Below, piece after piece: positions 1 to 12,440 of a stretch of 64,000 nt of DNA. The DNA comes from Paraspadella gotoi (lineage: Eukaryota > Animalia > Chaetognatha). The notes under the pieces were generated by a model. It searched no databases. It was not told the DNA's origin and was given only the letters and a program-made list of their open reading frames with translations. Location of the stretch: positions 21,498,494 to 21,562,493 of the forward strand of contig CM119263.1 in NCBI GenBank assembly GCA_051294375.1. Reading direction: 5' to 3'. Within the stretch, counting starts at the first letter, position 1. Every line of letters begins with the position of its first letter. Both the position numbers and the translations under genes were made by a program.

Positions 1-1174
1 TTATATTTTACATAATTTTATTATAACTAACGTTCAAAAAAAAGACGATTTTATCAAAAAAAGTTTTTGTCGCTATTCTCTAGCTACGAATAGTATCTGA
101 CGAATTCTCTTTGGCCTAATAAAACAGGGGTTTGTAATATTCATTGTAATATATATTTAAGGTCAACAAATACAAAATAATACGATACGGTGAAACAGTT
201 TCTTCGGAGCTACGGCTAAAACTACAAACTTTCAAAGCGAGCAAAAACGAAGTACAATTTTGTTTACATTTTACAAACATTTCTAGAACACTGGGCGGAG
301 ATTTCTTTGGGTTGCACCAGAGTATTCTGACATTTTGCTATGCTATTAACGTTCATAAAACAAAATTAATTCAAAAAATTAATCTCTGTTAGTCACATTA
401 AAACTTAAATCTGATAAAAACAATAATACCTTAGCATAATTATTTTCAAAAGCGAATAAAAATTGTTCAAAAATGGTTCTTTTTCTAAATGTCGCAGTTC
501 CCCGCCCACTTTATCTCTCTTCCTTTCTGTTTTCCTATCGCTGTTAAAATAGCGGAATCCTTCTAAAAAATTGATTGGAACTTGGGACATCTGAGCCGTC
601 GATACTCGAGACAAAGTAAAGAGGGGGAAAGCGAATTAAAACTTCGCCGAGAAAAAATGATAAAAAAACAAAAACTCAATCCTGGAAAAACGATAAAGAT
701 GGCGCGGAGTAAAATCGGACGAGCTGAGAGAGAGAGAGAGTTGGGAGAGAAAGAGAGAGAGGAGATGAGAGACGGAGAGAGAGAGGAGAGGAGGGGAGAG
801 GAGGGGGAGGGAGAGAGAGAGGAGAGAAAGGAGAAGACGAGAGGAATGAAGTGTGTTAACATATTGATCGGAAACTGGAAAAAGAGAAAGGAGGCCGTAT
901 ATAAATTGAATCCGTATCTTTATAGTACTTTACTGACAAACACCCGAGTCTCCGCGCCCACTCGATATCAGAGTTGAATCGAAGTGAAAATTGACGTACG
1001 AACCAACGAGGAGGCATCGATCCGATTTTGGACCGAAAGATACGCAAATACTTTGAGCGTCGGAATTGGTTATTAGCAACGAGGGGGAGTAGAAGTTGAA
1101 GCAGTTATGCATTTCTCTGCATTTTTGTCTTTGCTGGTAAATTGATTTAATTTTCAAATCTTTTGTGAAAAGAG

Positions 1175-1213
<39 letters not shown>

Positions 1214-1317
1214 GAAAAATATAAAGAAAGAGAGAAATTTTAATTCCAAATATTGGGTAAAAATCCATTGGGTTCTGCGCTGAATTTGTTTTGCGAAGCC
1301 GCTTCCGCTGCCGTCGC

Positions 1318-1349
<32 letters not shown>

Positions 1350-1943
1350 CTGCAGACGAGCACCATCGGCTGAGAATTCTTATTAAGTTTCTGTTTCATT
1401 TCTTTTATTTTTTGTGTTTTTTTGTTGGTGAATATGTCAGAAAAAAAAGGAATTTTTTTATGTTTTTTTTGGGTAGAAAAGGGGGTTTAATAAATAAAAA
1501 GACAACAAAGATACTAGAAAACAAATTATATTTGCTAAAAAATATTAATCATTATAAACAAACAAATAGAATTAAACTTGGTGTCACTGAATCTAAGTTT
1601 TGAAAAAAAAAATGCCTAACTTAACAATATTGGAAAAAAGCAAAAGTTAAAAAAAGTCGTAACCTCTTTGAACAAAAAACTAGTTGCGTTTCGTGGCCGC
1701 GTTTTTGGTTGGGGAAGTCGCATCTTCCATGTTCGGAAAAAGAGACGGCGGCGGGTGGGGGGCGTAACGGGGGACGGGTGGAGGAAGGAACTTTGCAAAA
1801 ACGAAGAACAGGAAAAAGAGAAAATTTTTCGAAAAGTCGTAAAAAAAAAAAGATCTTTTTCCAAGTTATTAGAGAAAATATAAAAAAAAGAGGATTAGAG
1901 TGGGAGGAAGGAGGAGGAGGGAGGAGGAAGGAAGGGAGAGATT

Positions 1944-2022
<79 letters not shown>

Positions 2023-2126
2023 AGGAGGAAACGCAGATAGTGTTTCTGAGTTCAGAAGATTACGATAAGATTTAGATTTTGTTTTTATTTTCTAAAATAC
2101 AGAATATAGAAGAAAGAGGAATATTT

Positions 2127-2358
2127 TGTGGTATATTCACACCACCTCACGTCCAAAACCATTGGCTGAGAGGGGGAACACACCATCCCAGGCGTTGTGT
2201 TCCATCCACATTCCTAACGACTTACCTTTGCGTTGGCAAAGCGTCCTAGGGTAACCGCGCCAGTGACTGGAGGCGTCACTGGGGGTCAAAAGCCCCCAAA
2301 GCCAACAGTGAGATGCCCCATCCCAATGGGCATCACAGGCAACCCGGCTGTTGCCATA
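2127..2358 (+). mobile_element. Solo LTR, family A (twister-carrying miniature LTR retroelement), decayed copy
   Basis: Reverse-complement match over its whole length to the LTRs at 39505-39762, 40001-40254, 49916-50170 and 50405-50659. Termini TGTGG...GCCATA. Possible ATAT target duplication with an eroded 5' end. Confidence 0.85.
2232..2306 (+). ncRNA. Degenerate type-P5 twister ribozyme (family A); GA+T1' segment deleted
   Basis: gttggc-aaa-gcg-[agaccg missing]-tcctaggg-TAA-ccgc-GC-cagtgac/gtcactg-gggg-T-CAA-AAGC-cccc-aaa-gccaac. It lacks the catalytic GA and has CGG>CAA in loop 4, so it is predicted inactive. Confidence 0.7.
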
Positions 2359-2695
2359 ATATCATTATAAAAGAAAGAGCAAGAAAGAAAGAATGAAATA
2401 AATTGTCACACTTGCGATTTTGGGAAATTCATTAGTTTGCATTTTCTCTGGCATAGACAAGTTGCAGTTTCCATCGCATAATCCGAATGTATCATTAGTA
2501 AATCGCAGCCTAATCAAAACGATAATCAGAACTTGCTAAGAGTTTCCCAAAAATCTTTCCTTCCCTCTCTCTCTCTCTCTGCGTAAATGTAAATGTGTTT
2601 TATTGACATTTTGAGCAGAATAAATAAATCAATCAATCAATCTCTCTTTCTCTCCTTTTATATCTCTCTCGCTTCATAAAACGTACGTTCTGGAT

Positions 2696-2880
2696 TGTTC
2701 AAGGATTTTCCTTTATTATGTTTTCTCCGGGAATGAGAAGAGGAGCAAACGGACTACGTGGGGTGGCGAACGGTGCACAGACCATCAGTTTTACATCCGA
2801 CCACGGAAAAATTCCTACCACCTCCGTTACCCTTTTTACCGGGGTGGGGGATATGGGTCGTAGTTCTAGTTGACAGGACA
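2696..2880 (-). mobile_element. Solo-LTR-like GC-richer island of another family (no ribozyme recognised)
   Basis: 185 bp bounded by TGTCC...GAACA on the minus strand, with AATAAA near its 3' end. No clear TSD; single copy in the window. Confidence 0.35.
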
Positions 2881-2884
2881 AATA

Positions 2885-3028
2885 TTAAAAAATAAAAAGA
2901 AAAGAAAAGAAAAGAAAAAAAAGAAAAAAAAGAAAAGAAAAGAAAAGAAAAGAAAAGAAAAGAAAAGAAAAGAAAAGAAAAGAAAAGAAAAGAAAAGAAA
3001 AGAAAAGAAAAGAAAAGAGAAGAGAAAA
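2885..3028. repeat. (AAAAG)n microsatellite
   Basis: Direct inspection. Confidence 0.95.
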
Positions 3029-3241
3029 GTAGGATAATTTGGGCGATGTTCTACGTGGATTCCCGACTTGCGATTGCTCGATTAACATTGATCAACATTT
3101 TGGCCGAAAGTAAAGACTCCGGAACCTTGGATAGAACGGGAGGAAGAGAAAGGGAGGGAGAGAAATGGAGGGAGAGAAAGGGAGGGAGATAAAGAGAGGG
3201 AGAGAAAGGGAGGGAGAGAAAGGGAGGGAGAAAAAGGAAGG

Positions 3242-3497
3242 TGTGGCGGATCCTAAATTCGCCTCCCGTAGCTTGTTAAAACTCATCTCGTCACATTGGC
3301 TTGAACAGCGAAGTACCCGTTCACCAACCGTGAGTTCCGGGTTCAATCCCCTCACGATCACGCTGGTTAAAGTGTGCTGGTGACGGCATAAACACGACAG
3401 TGACATGGGGTGGTCACTGCAGGTCCAAAGCCCTGAGCGCCAGCTGACGGGAGATGCCTCACACCTCAGGCTTCACACATGTCCCCCCGTTGCCATA
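3242..3497 (+). mobile_element. Solo LTR, family B (tRNA-like B-box + twister)
   Basis: Reverse-complement match to 39131-39408 and 49547-49817. Termini TGTGGCG...TTGCCATA. Flanks AAGG/AAGT (3 of 4 match as a TSD). GGGTTCAATCCC at 3339-3350. Confidence 0.85.
3362..3444 (+). ncRNA. Type-P5 twister ribozyme (family B) with two core substitutions
   Basis: gctgg(P5)-ttaaa-gtgt(P2')-GC[consensus GA]-TGG(T1')-tgacggca(P1)-TAA-acac(P2)-GA[consensus GC]-cagtgac/gtcactg(P3)-cagg-T-CCA-AAGC-cctg(P4)-agcg-ccagc(P5'). Confidence 0.8.
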
Positions 3498-4074
3498 AAG
3501 TCATCTAAAAAGGAGGGGAAAGGAAGGAGAATTTCCGAAGGAAGAGGAAGAAAGCCAGAGCAATGAAGGGAGAGGGAGAAAAAGGAAAGTTGGTGAAAGA
3601 GTGAAAATAAAAAAAAACGAATATGTGTAACAAAACAAAAGAGCCTCAAATTTTTCCCCAAAAATGAAAGAAGAGAAAAAAAAACATTTCAATGCATAAA
3701 AACTCGAAAGCATCGTCGAAAAGACAATCAAAGTGTTAAACAAACAAGAAGAATCTCTCTTTCACAAAAAACCGACTCCAGAACCGGAACACCCCATCCC
3801 TAAGATTAACCTCACCACCTCAAACATTCGCCCCCTAATTAACCCCAACTCAGCGAAACGCGTCCTTGATTTTTGGACGCGTAATGATTCCAATGGAAGG
3901 AAAAAGTAGTTCCTTGGCCGCCGTCGTCGCCGCCGCTGCTGCTGCCGCCGCCGAATCCACGCTCTTTCTATTAATAAGCCGGAACAATTTCCGCCGCGAG
4001 TAGAAAAAATCTTAAAAGAATAGTGATCTCGCCAGACGAGAGGAGGAAATAAAGAAATAAAAAAAAGATAAAAA

Positions 4075-4142
4075 ATTGATGCGATAATAACCAATAACCA
4101 AAAATTGATGCGATGATAACCAAATTATTGATGCGATGATAT
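4075..4142 (+). repeat. ATTGATGCGATGATAACC-type ~19-22 bp minisatellite
   Basis: Tandem units; same motif at 4895-5095, 57220-57365 and 59975-60030. Confidence 0.85.
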
Positions 4143-4859
4143 TAAAAAAAGATAGAGTGAAGCTGGACAGCTGCTGCAGAGCTGAACTAGTTTTTAAACG
4201 AATCTGAATAGGGACCAACTGCTTCCCTTTCTATAACTAAAAATTAAAAAATAAATATTTGGGTATACAGCCATATAAAAATTTTTTTTCTATTGAAAAA
4301 ATATATAAATTTTAGTTTGAGCATGTACTCATTCTTTAATTTTTGACTCAACCTATTGAGTGGGGCTACCTCTATTCAGAAGAAGAGAGAGAGAGAGCGA
4401 CATATACAGCCGCTGGACTGCCACTGGACAGCTACTGGATTCCCGCTGCAGAACTTTTAGATGAATCAGAAGAAGCAGCGACGAAGAAAAAAAGAGAGAG
4501 AGAGAGCGACATATAATTAAATAAAAGAGAGAGAGAGAAGCTGGACAGCCCCGCTACTCGTCAAAGAATCAGTAGTACCTTTGGCGCTCCCAACCCAAAG
4601 GACTGCTGATCCACACAAGAAAAGCGCGATGGGGTGTCTAATAGAGTGGAGCACTCAAGAACAAAAAATTTATTTGAATGATCAAACAAGGATATTTAAA
4701 TGTGAGATAGTATGATATTTTGTTCATATTGTCTCGTAAACAGAATAGTAAAATATAATGTATTTGTAGTAATATTCTTATAAAATAGTAAATTTAAAAA
4801 AAAAATTTTTTAAACTTTTAATAAAGATTCAGATTTTTCATAAAAAATTGAATCAAAAA

Positions 4860-5095
4860 ATCTTAAAAGCATAAGGAATCGAGCCTACTTTTGATGATAC
4901 AAATATTGATGCGTGTAACCAAACTAATTTGATGCGATTGATAACCGAAGGATTGATGCGATGATAACAATGATGGATGCGATGATAGTCGATTCAATTT
5001 GATGCGATGATAATCATTCATTGATCGGATGATATCTTCATTGATGCGATGATAGTCTTTCATTGATGCTGTTGCTATCATTCATTGACGTGCAT
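4860..5095 (+). repeat. Dispersed repeat segment with ATTGATGCGATGATA minisatellite
   Basis: The leader tcttaaaagcataa(g/a)gatcgagcc followed by tandem units matches 57178-57365. Confidence 0.85.
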
Positions 5096-5689
5096 GAGTT
5101 ATTAAAGAGAGAGAAAGAAGAGAGAGAGACGGAGACGCGATGAGAGAGCGGACATTAGTGTTGATGAGAGAGAAATATTAGAGAGAATAATAAAATAATA
5201 ATAAAGTTTTTAGAAGGAAAAAAAAAAATCGACGAAATCTCGGAAATTAAATTTGGGATTTTTGTATTAAAGAAAAAGTGGGTGATAAAAGTAAAATTTT
5301 TTATTAGAGTGTTGATTAAGCATCAATTACTTTCTATTTTTTTTTTTTCAATTGAAATAAGACTGAAGTCTTTTGTTCATCTAAGTTTCAAAATGAGGTT
5401 AAATCTCCTTTTTTTTTGCATATTATTGAAAATTAATGAGATTTGTATTGATTGTATGAAATGAAAAATCTCGCTATAGGCTAAACTATTCTTCAATATA
5501 ACGGTCAAAAATTATAATCTCTATTAACAAATTATATAGTTGGAAAATACTCACGATAACGACTATGACTTATTTTTGACTTCCAATATTTTTTTTACTT
5601 ATCAAAAAAAATTTTATTTCCTCATTTAAAAAAATTAATCTGAATGAACATTTTAGATTGTTCTTTATTAAGGAAGAATATTGCCTACC

Positions 5690-5975
5690 TTCACATTAGC
5701 ATTAATCATGTGACATTGCATGGCATTATAAGTTATTATATCACTTTTTCTCGAGGAATAAAGGCGATAATAAAGTTTTTAGAAGTAAAAGAAATATCAT
5801 TAATTTTTTAAAAAACGAACGATCACGCAAAGAGGAAAAGAGACAAAAGAGAGAGAGAGAGAGAAAAGGCTGGAACAGAGCGCTGCAGAGGCGGAACTCG
5901 CTTTACTCGTTTACTCGTCGCCAAGTGACGGTGGTGAAAAAAATGTGACTAAAAATAAAATAGGAGAAGAGAAAG

Positions 5976-6059
<84 letters not shown>

Positions 6060-7012
6060 AAGAAGCTGAACAGACGCTTGCAGGAGTGCCGGAACTCGGT
6101 TATAAGTTATTCTCACTTTTTCTAAATTGTATCCAGGAAATCTCGGATGTAAATTTTAGGGGAATTTTGTATTGAAAAAAAAAGCGGCGGATAAATGGCG
6201 ATAATAAAAGTTTTTAAAAGGAAAAAATAAGCAGAATTTTCAAAAAACGAACGATCAGGCATGAGATCGTTACAGAGAAAAAGAGAGAAAGAGAGACAAA
6301 GCTGGACAGCTGCTGGAAGGCCGCTGTACAGTCACTGCAGAGCCTGAACTCGTCTTTTCTAAAAAAAAAAAAACTATATATATTAATGATAAAGAAATAA
6401 AAGAAAGGCAAAAATATGTTACAATTGTTTACATTGGAAATTTTTTCAATTTTTCCAATCGCAGCTTGTAAAAGATTTTATTTTTATTTGTATTAAAATT
6501 AAGATATTAGCTTCTCATTAAAAAAATCCTTTGAGTTCCCATTTTTATTAAGAATTTAAAAAAGATTTTTTGAATTTCATCTTCAATATTATATACTGCA
6601 ATATGTAAATTAGATTAAAGCATTTCTATATACTAATTTGGATATTATAATGAGTACTTTAATCTCATTTGCATATGCAGTAAATCATAATGAAGTGGAA
6701 ATTCAAACAAAAAATACTTAATCCAAATATAAAATATGAAAAATATCACAGCTATTTCAAGATGAAAAGCCATATCTAAATTTTTAACTTACTATGATCG
6801 CACACTTTTGTAAAACTTTATCATAATCATAATAATTTTTATTTAAAAAAAACGGTAAGTCACAGCCAAACCTATAAAAGCGTTAGTAGTTTTTTATATA
6901 TGAAAACAGCGTGACGGACGACGAGACGACGAACGACGACGACTACGTCACAAAGAGCAACCCTAAAACATTATAGAGCCTGACCCGGCTTCGCCGGTCA
7001 AGGCTCGATAAA
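5690..7012 (+). mobile_element. Helentron-associated non-autonomous element (HINE/DINE-1-like); 5' boundary approximate
   Basis: Near-identical to 61160-62220 over about 0.9 kb. Ends in (GAC)n, then a GC-rich hairpin gagcc(t)tgacccggcttcgccggtcaaggctc (6976-7006), then an A-run. This architecture is typical of HINEs. Confidence 0.7.
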
Positions 7013-7189
7013 AAAATTTTCAAAAAAGTTATCAAATACTATGTTAGATAAAAATTAAACAAAGAATAGTAAATGAATTTAAACACAAAATGAAACATAT
7101 ATATAAAAACGTTCCAGTAGTTCTGTAACTAATGATATACTTATAAATTATATTTATTAAATATTTAAAGTATAGTTAAGATTTTTTTG

Positions 7190-7294
7190 GTGTCATCTCG
7201 CGATAACGACGACGACCGACGACGACGCAACAAAGAAACTGAGCCTTCGCTTATTCCTCCAAGGACGGGCTTTAGCCTTTCTGGCGAGATAAAA
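7190..7294 (+). mobile_element. Possible second HINE-like 3' end
   Basis: (GAC)n, then a GC-rich imperfect hairpin ending in cgagataaaaa; same layout as 6900-7012. Confidence 0.4.
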
Positions 7295-7982
7295 AGTGGG
7301 TTAGGATGTTAAGGGTAAGACTCAGTTTGTCGAGACCAAGGAAACACCGATTAAACGAACACGGGTTTTACGAGGTAATTAACGAAGTTCCTAATACCCC
7401 GCGATTTTTGGCTCTGTCTCAGTCTATATCTGTTTCTTTCTAATTTCGTTGTGAAATGGAAAATATAAGCAAACCCCATCCGCAAGTTCGGTGATTTTGC
7501 GAAAAGTTTTATAAGTTTACAAATTTTTTTGGAAAACTTCAATTTTCAATTCATCAGACTAAATTGATATTTCTAAGAAATGGTCCGCTTTATTATCCTC
7601 CCTTCCCTTTGGATCTTTTTTGGAAAAGAGGGAGAAAGGTGAGAGGAGAGAAAAGAGATTACGATATTAGGGAGATGGCGTAAAGAAAGTGTGTGGCGTA
7701 AAGGATCAATGAAATGAGAAACGTAGTAGACCACAGATAAGAGGTGGTTATAAGTGGGTAAATCAGCCACCCAACTACCCTTCTAATCTTCCACCCCGCC
7801 ACCAGACTTTCGCGTAATTCGGGATTTTGGGAAAACAAGAATTTCTCCTTCTGAAAGATTGAGTCGAAACTTCATAAAGGGCCTCGTTTTCAAACGCGGG
7901 TGGCAATAAAAAAGATTGGCGTTATTTTGATTTTATAGCCGCCGAATGGCGACCGAAGGGCTAATCTTCCGCGAGAGAGTGC

Positions 7983-8048
<66 letters not shown>

Positions 8049-9843
8049 TCTCTCTCTCTCTCTCTATCTCTCTTTAGAGGAAAAAAAAAAGTTAAATAAA
8101 ATAGGATCCAATCTTCTTCCTTCTCATTGAATCTCCGGTTTTATCGCCATCATCCTTAATCATTTCGGGTCATAACGTTTTTCCGGGACCGAATTTTCAC
8201 CGCCGGCGGGAAAAGCTGCCGCCGCCGCCGCCGTTTCCGGACAGAGAAAAACCGCGCTTCCCCGCTACTATTTTCGTCGCTTTTCAACGCGTTCGCTTTA
8301 TTTTCCCCTGTTTGGAAGCGAAGAACCGTTTCGGAGGAAAACGAGGGTTTTTGAAAGGAAAGGAGAGGGGGAAGGGAAAGAGGGAGGGAGGGGAGGGGAG
8401 AAAAGAGAGGGGAAGAAAGAGGAGGTGGGGAGGTTTTTGAGAAATTATGAATCGGGGTAGTGAGGGTTATAAAAACTGATTAATAGCAATGAAAAAAGAG
8501 GGGCGTTCTGATAGGAGATAAAATAGGGAAAAAATGAAAGACAGACAAATAGACAGACTCACAGTCAGATAGTAGACAAACCGACTGGCAGACAAGTGAA
8601 CAGGTGAACAGAGATACGCAGGAAGACATATACAAAAAGGTAGACAGACAAAGCGACTGACAGACACTGACGAATGGCAGAAATTACACACTCATCTATT
8701 TGCCAATGCTGCCTCAACGAGTTTACCAAGCGGAAAAGAACAATGAATGACTCATAACTATGAAAATAGAAATTCTGAGACGAAAAGGAAAAAGTCGACA
8801 ACGATTCCTTTAAATCATCTCCCTAATTAAGATTTTATCGACGATAAAACCTAAAAGATGCGCAGTTAAGAAACAACCTTGTCCAGCTATAAAAAGACGA
8901 AACCTCCCGAGTCTGTTTATAGTTTTATCAGCAGTTAGTTTCATGCGGCAAGTTTTCGTAAATTATTTCGCAGACTCTTTACCGAATCTCATCTCCTATG
9001 AATTTTCAAAGTGTGGATATTGGTTTTCTTTTCGGGGGGGCGGGTGGACTGGCAATCCGAATTTGCGTTAATTGCCTAACGAAATTTTTAAAAAGAAGTG
9101 GGGAAAAAACCGGGAAAGCAAATTTGGAAGTTCGGTTAATTAAGGCTAATGGTTAATGAGGAGACGATGTCATCAGCTTAAAAGCAAAAACCGCGATGAA
9201 AACCAAATTAAAGCGTCTTCTTAGACTAGAAGCTTCTCGATAAAAAAAAAATTCAAATTGCTATACAATGGGCACACGATAATTAGCGAAGCAGAGCATA
9301 GGGTTATTTTGTTCGCACTTAGTAAATTTTACCTTGTAAATTGAACAATCTCCTTTGTCACAAAAACTAAAATTTTAAAAAGTGAATTTTGAAAAGAATG
9401 AAGTTTTCGCGAATTTTCATTAAACTTTTGTTCCGCCTAAAGAAAATTTTGGTGACGGCGATGAGATGATCGTCTTTGTCGCTAATTCTTTTTTTTTATT
9501 ATTTTTCTTTTCTCTTTCTTTTTTTCACAAATTTTAACCGGCGATGACGGATTCATTTCCAGCACAGTGAGCTGTAACGGTACTAGTCGCGTGTCTTCTA
9601 TTTAAAAAAAAACTTTCTCTCAATATTTCATTTTTAAAATACGATAACAAAGCCGTCATCCCGAGTTTTGTATATAAATATTTTTATTTCCTAACGGAAA
9701 TAAAACTTTCCTTTAAACTCATGTCTGGAATATTTTACCTTTCAAACGCCAGAGAGAGATTAAAACGCGGAGTGGAAATCATAGACGCCATTTTGATTTT
9801 TCGCCGCCGATTTCGACAAATTTTTAACGTTTCGTTCCGGTCG

Positions 9844-9974
<131 letters not shown>

Positions 9975-11035
9975 CAATGGGAGGAAAGCGGGAAAAGAAG
10001 AGAAATTGAAACCTCGTAGAAAAGAGAGAAAGAGAGAGAGAGAGAGAGAAAGAGAGACAAAGAGCGCGAGAGACAGAGACGTGGAAACCTCGAAATTAGG
10101 CTTTTGTAAGAAACGTCGGACCAGGCGAAAGATCGCTCCCTTTTTGACGGTGGAATTAAGAGGAAGAAATGGAAACCGGAAATTCAATTAATTCCATTTC
10201 AATGAGACGGAAAATCTTGGGGAGAAACGAAAAATGGGGAGTGGAATACAGCGATCGAGGTGATAGAAACTTTTGTGCGGTGAAGATTTAAAATGACTTA
10301 AAGAAATACTAATTAACCAAGGATGTACTTGACAAAAACAAATTCAAAAGGAGGCCGTAAGTGGCTTCTTTATGGTTACGAACCTCAGGTGGTCGCTCCG
10401 TTCTACTTTTGTTGTTACTTACGATTTGTTTATTTATATTTATAATTAAAGTAACAGGTTTAAACGAGAAGTGAGGACGAGAGGGAGAGAGAGCGACAGA
10501 GAAAGAGAACCTCTCACAAAAAGTCGACATCGTTGACGCAAAATTAATTTCCTGAAAACGAACGAATGTTGACGCGAAATCTCGAGACGAAAAACAAAAG
10601 ACTCTTTTGACTCCGACTCTTTTTCGGTCTCTTCGATTGCTCAGCGTCTCCATCTCCATCAAGTTGTCGTCTCTCTCTCTCGCCCGTTGCAGCTTTTCCG
10701 ATCGATTTAGGTGTCCAACTTTAACCCAACTAAAATAAAAGTTAGTTTCCAAAACATAACTTTATGACGAAAGAATTTCCCTTGATGCAGCGAAACAATT
10801 TATCAATGGAATAACTGTATTAATTGGGATCCGCTTGTGTCTCCACCTGTCGCCAGAACAAATGAGAAAACGTCATTCGACAACGACGACGACGACGACG
10901 ACGTCTAAATCAATAACTCTGGCTCCGGTTTATTTTCCTCGTCTCGTTTGGCCATTTGTCTTGATCAGAGCCAAAACAACAAGTCAGAAAAGTAATCAAG
11001 GGCTTTGTATATTGTAAGGATGGATTTCTCTCTCG

Positions 11036-11078
<43 letters not shown>

Positions 11079-11468
11079 TCGGTCTCTGTCATTTTCGAAA
11101 AAGTCAAAAAGTAACAAAGTTTTCCTCCACCGACACCAGGGGTCATTAAAGGGTCTCCCTGTCACATTCTCACCTATAAATTCGTCGGCGTTAATTGATT
11201 GCGACGCTTCGATTGGTTTCGGCGGCTAAGGTGTCGGCGTAATGGACGCCACCGAAGACCGACAATGGCGCCGCCGAAGACCGACGACGACGCCGTCGAA
11301 GTCCGACAACGACGCCGCCGAGCGCTCTTTTATGGCGCCGGTCAGCGTCTTAATGTCGGCTTGGTCATGTCCTCTTTCTTTGGCGATCTCCTTTTCTCAC
11401 TAAAATAATTTATTGACCGCTGGACATCCCGGGGTTTAGCGCGGAGAGAGAGAGAGAAAGAGAGAGAG

Positions 11469-11559
<91 letters not shown>

Positions 11560-11796
11560 ACTACAGTGACAAAGAGAGTTAGAAAATATCAGAACATTTT
11601 GACAGATTAGACGCAAATGAAACAAAAAATGAGTCAAAATTGAGAAAAATTGGGAAAACAAATGAAAAGAAAAGGAGAGAGATTAAATATCTTTCGAGGA
11701 CTTTAACCCTTAACTAATCCTCAATAAACCCCATAGCACCGACTTCATTAAAATGACCCTCACGCCCCCACGAGACGCCGTCTCTCTTTCTTTCTT

Positions 11797-11875
<79 letters not shown>

Positions 11876-12404
11876 AGTCCGAAAATCCCCTTAAACCTTT
11901 CAAAGGAAGAAAAAAAATTAAACCTTTCTTTCAAATTTAATTCGACAGAAAAAGTGGACCTTTTATCGGCGCCAATTTTGAAAGAGAGAGTAGAGTGGGA
12001 GAAAAGAAGGGAAAGGGGTGGGTGGGGTAGAGAAAGTATGATAGAGAGCGAGAGGTAGACCGATAGCTCGAGAGCGAGAGGAGAGTCAAAGAGAGACAGA
12101 ACGAGAGACACAGATAATTCAAAGTTTGAAACGTCTCTTTGAAATGATACTCGGTCATTAAAAGATGACGACGAAATCGACAACAAAATAGAATATGACG
12201 ACCATGACGACATCGCGTCGCTCTATCAACTTTAGATATCTTAGATTTTAGGCGCTCAATGAGAGGGGAGATTTTAGGCGCTCAGTGAGAGGGGAAATGG
12301 CGTTTCACGGTGAGAGACATCGATGACGTCACTCTTTTCAATCACCATGTGGATGCAACTTTCTATATTACTCCAGAACTGCTTCCGTCCTCTTTCATAT
12401 TTGT

Positions 12405-12440
<36 letters not shown>

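Noticed and set aside
926-1099. Frame YFTDKHPSLRAHSISELNRSEN*RTNQRGGIDPILDRKIRKYFERRNWLL with one in-frame TGA (selenocysteine or readthrough?)
   Set aside because: No recognisable homology, no SECIS identified, and short enough to be chance.
2127-2160. HDV-like ribozyme suggested by cctcacgt/cctcccgt at the LTR 5' end
   Set aside because: No P3 or P1.1 pairing could be formed around the motif.
3297-3360. tRNA gene (B-box GGTTCAATCC; also 52728-52791)
   Set aside because: No acceptor stem or full cloverleaf; embedded in LTR-like repeats.
4895-5095. Short repeated units resembling a CRISPR array
   Set aside because: Degenerate tandem minisatellite without unique spacers, in a eukaryotic context.
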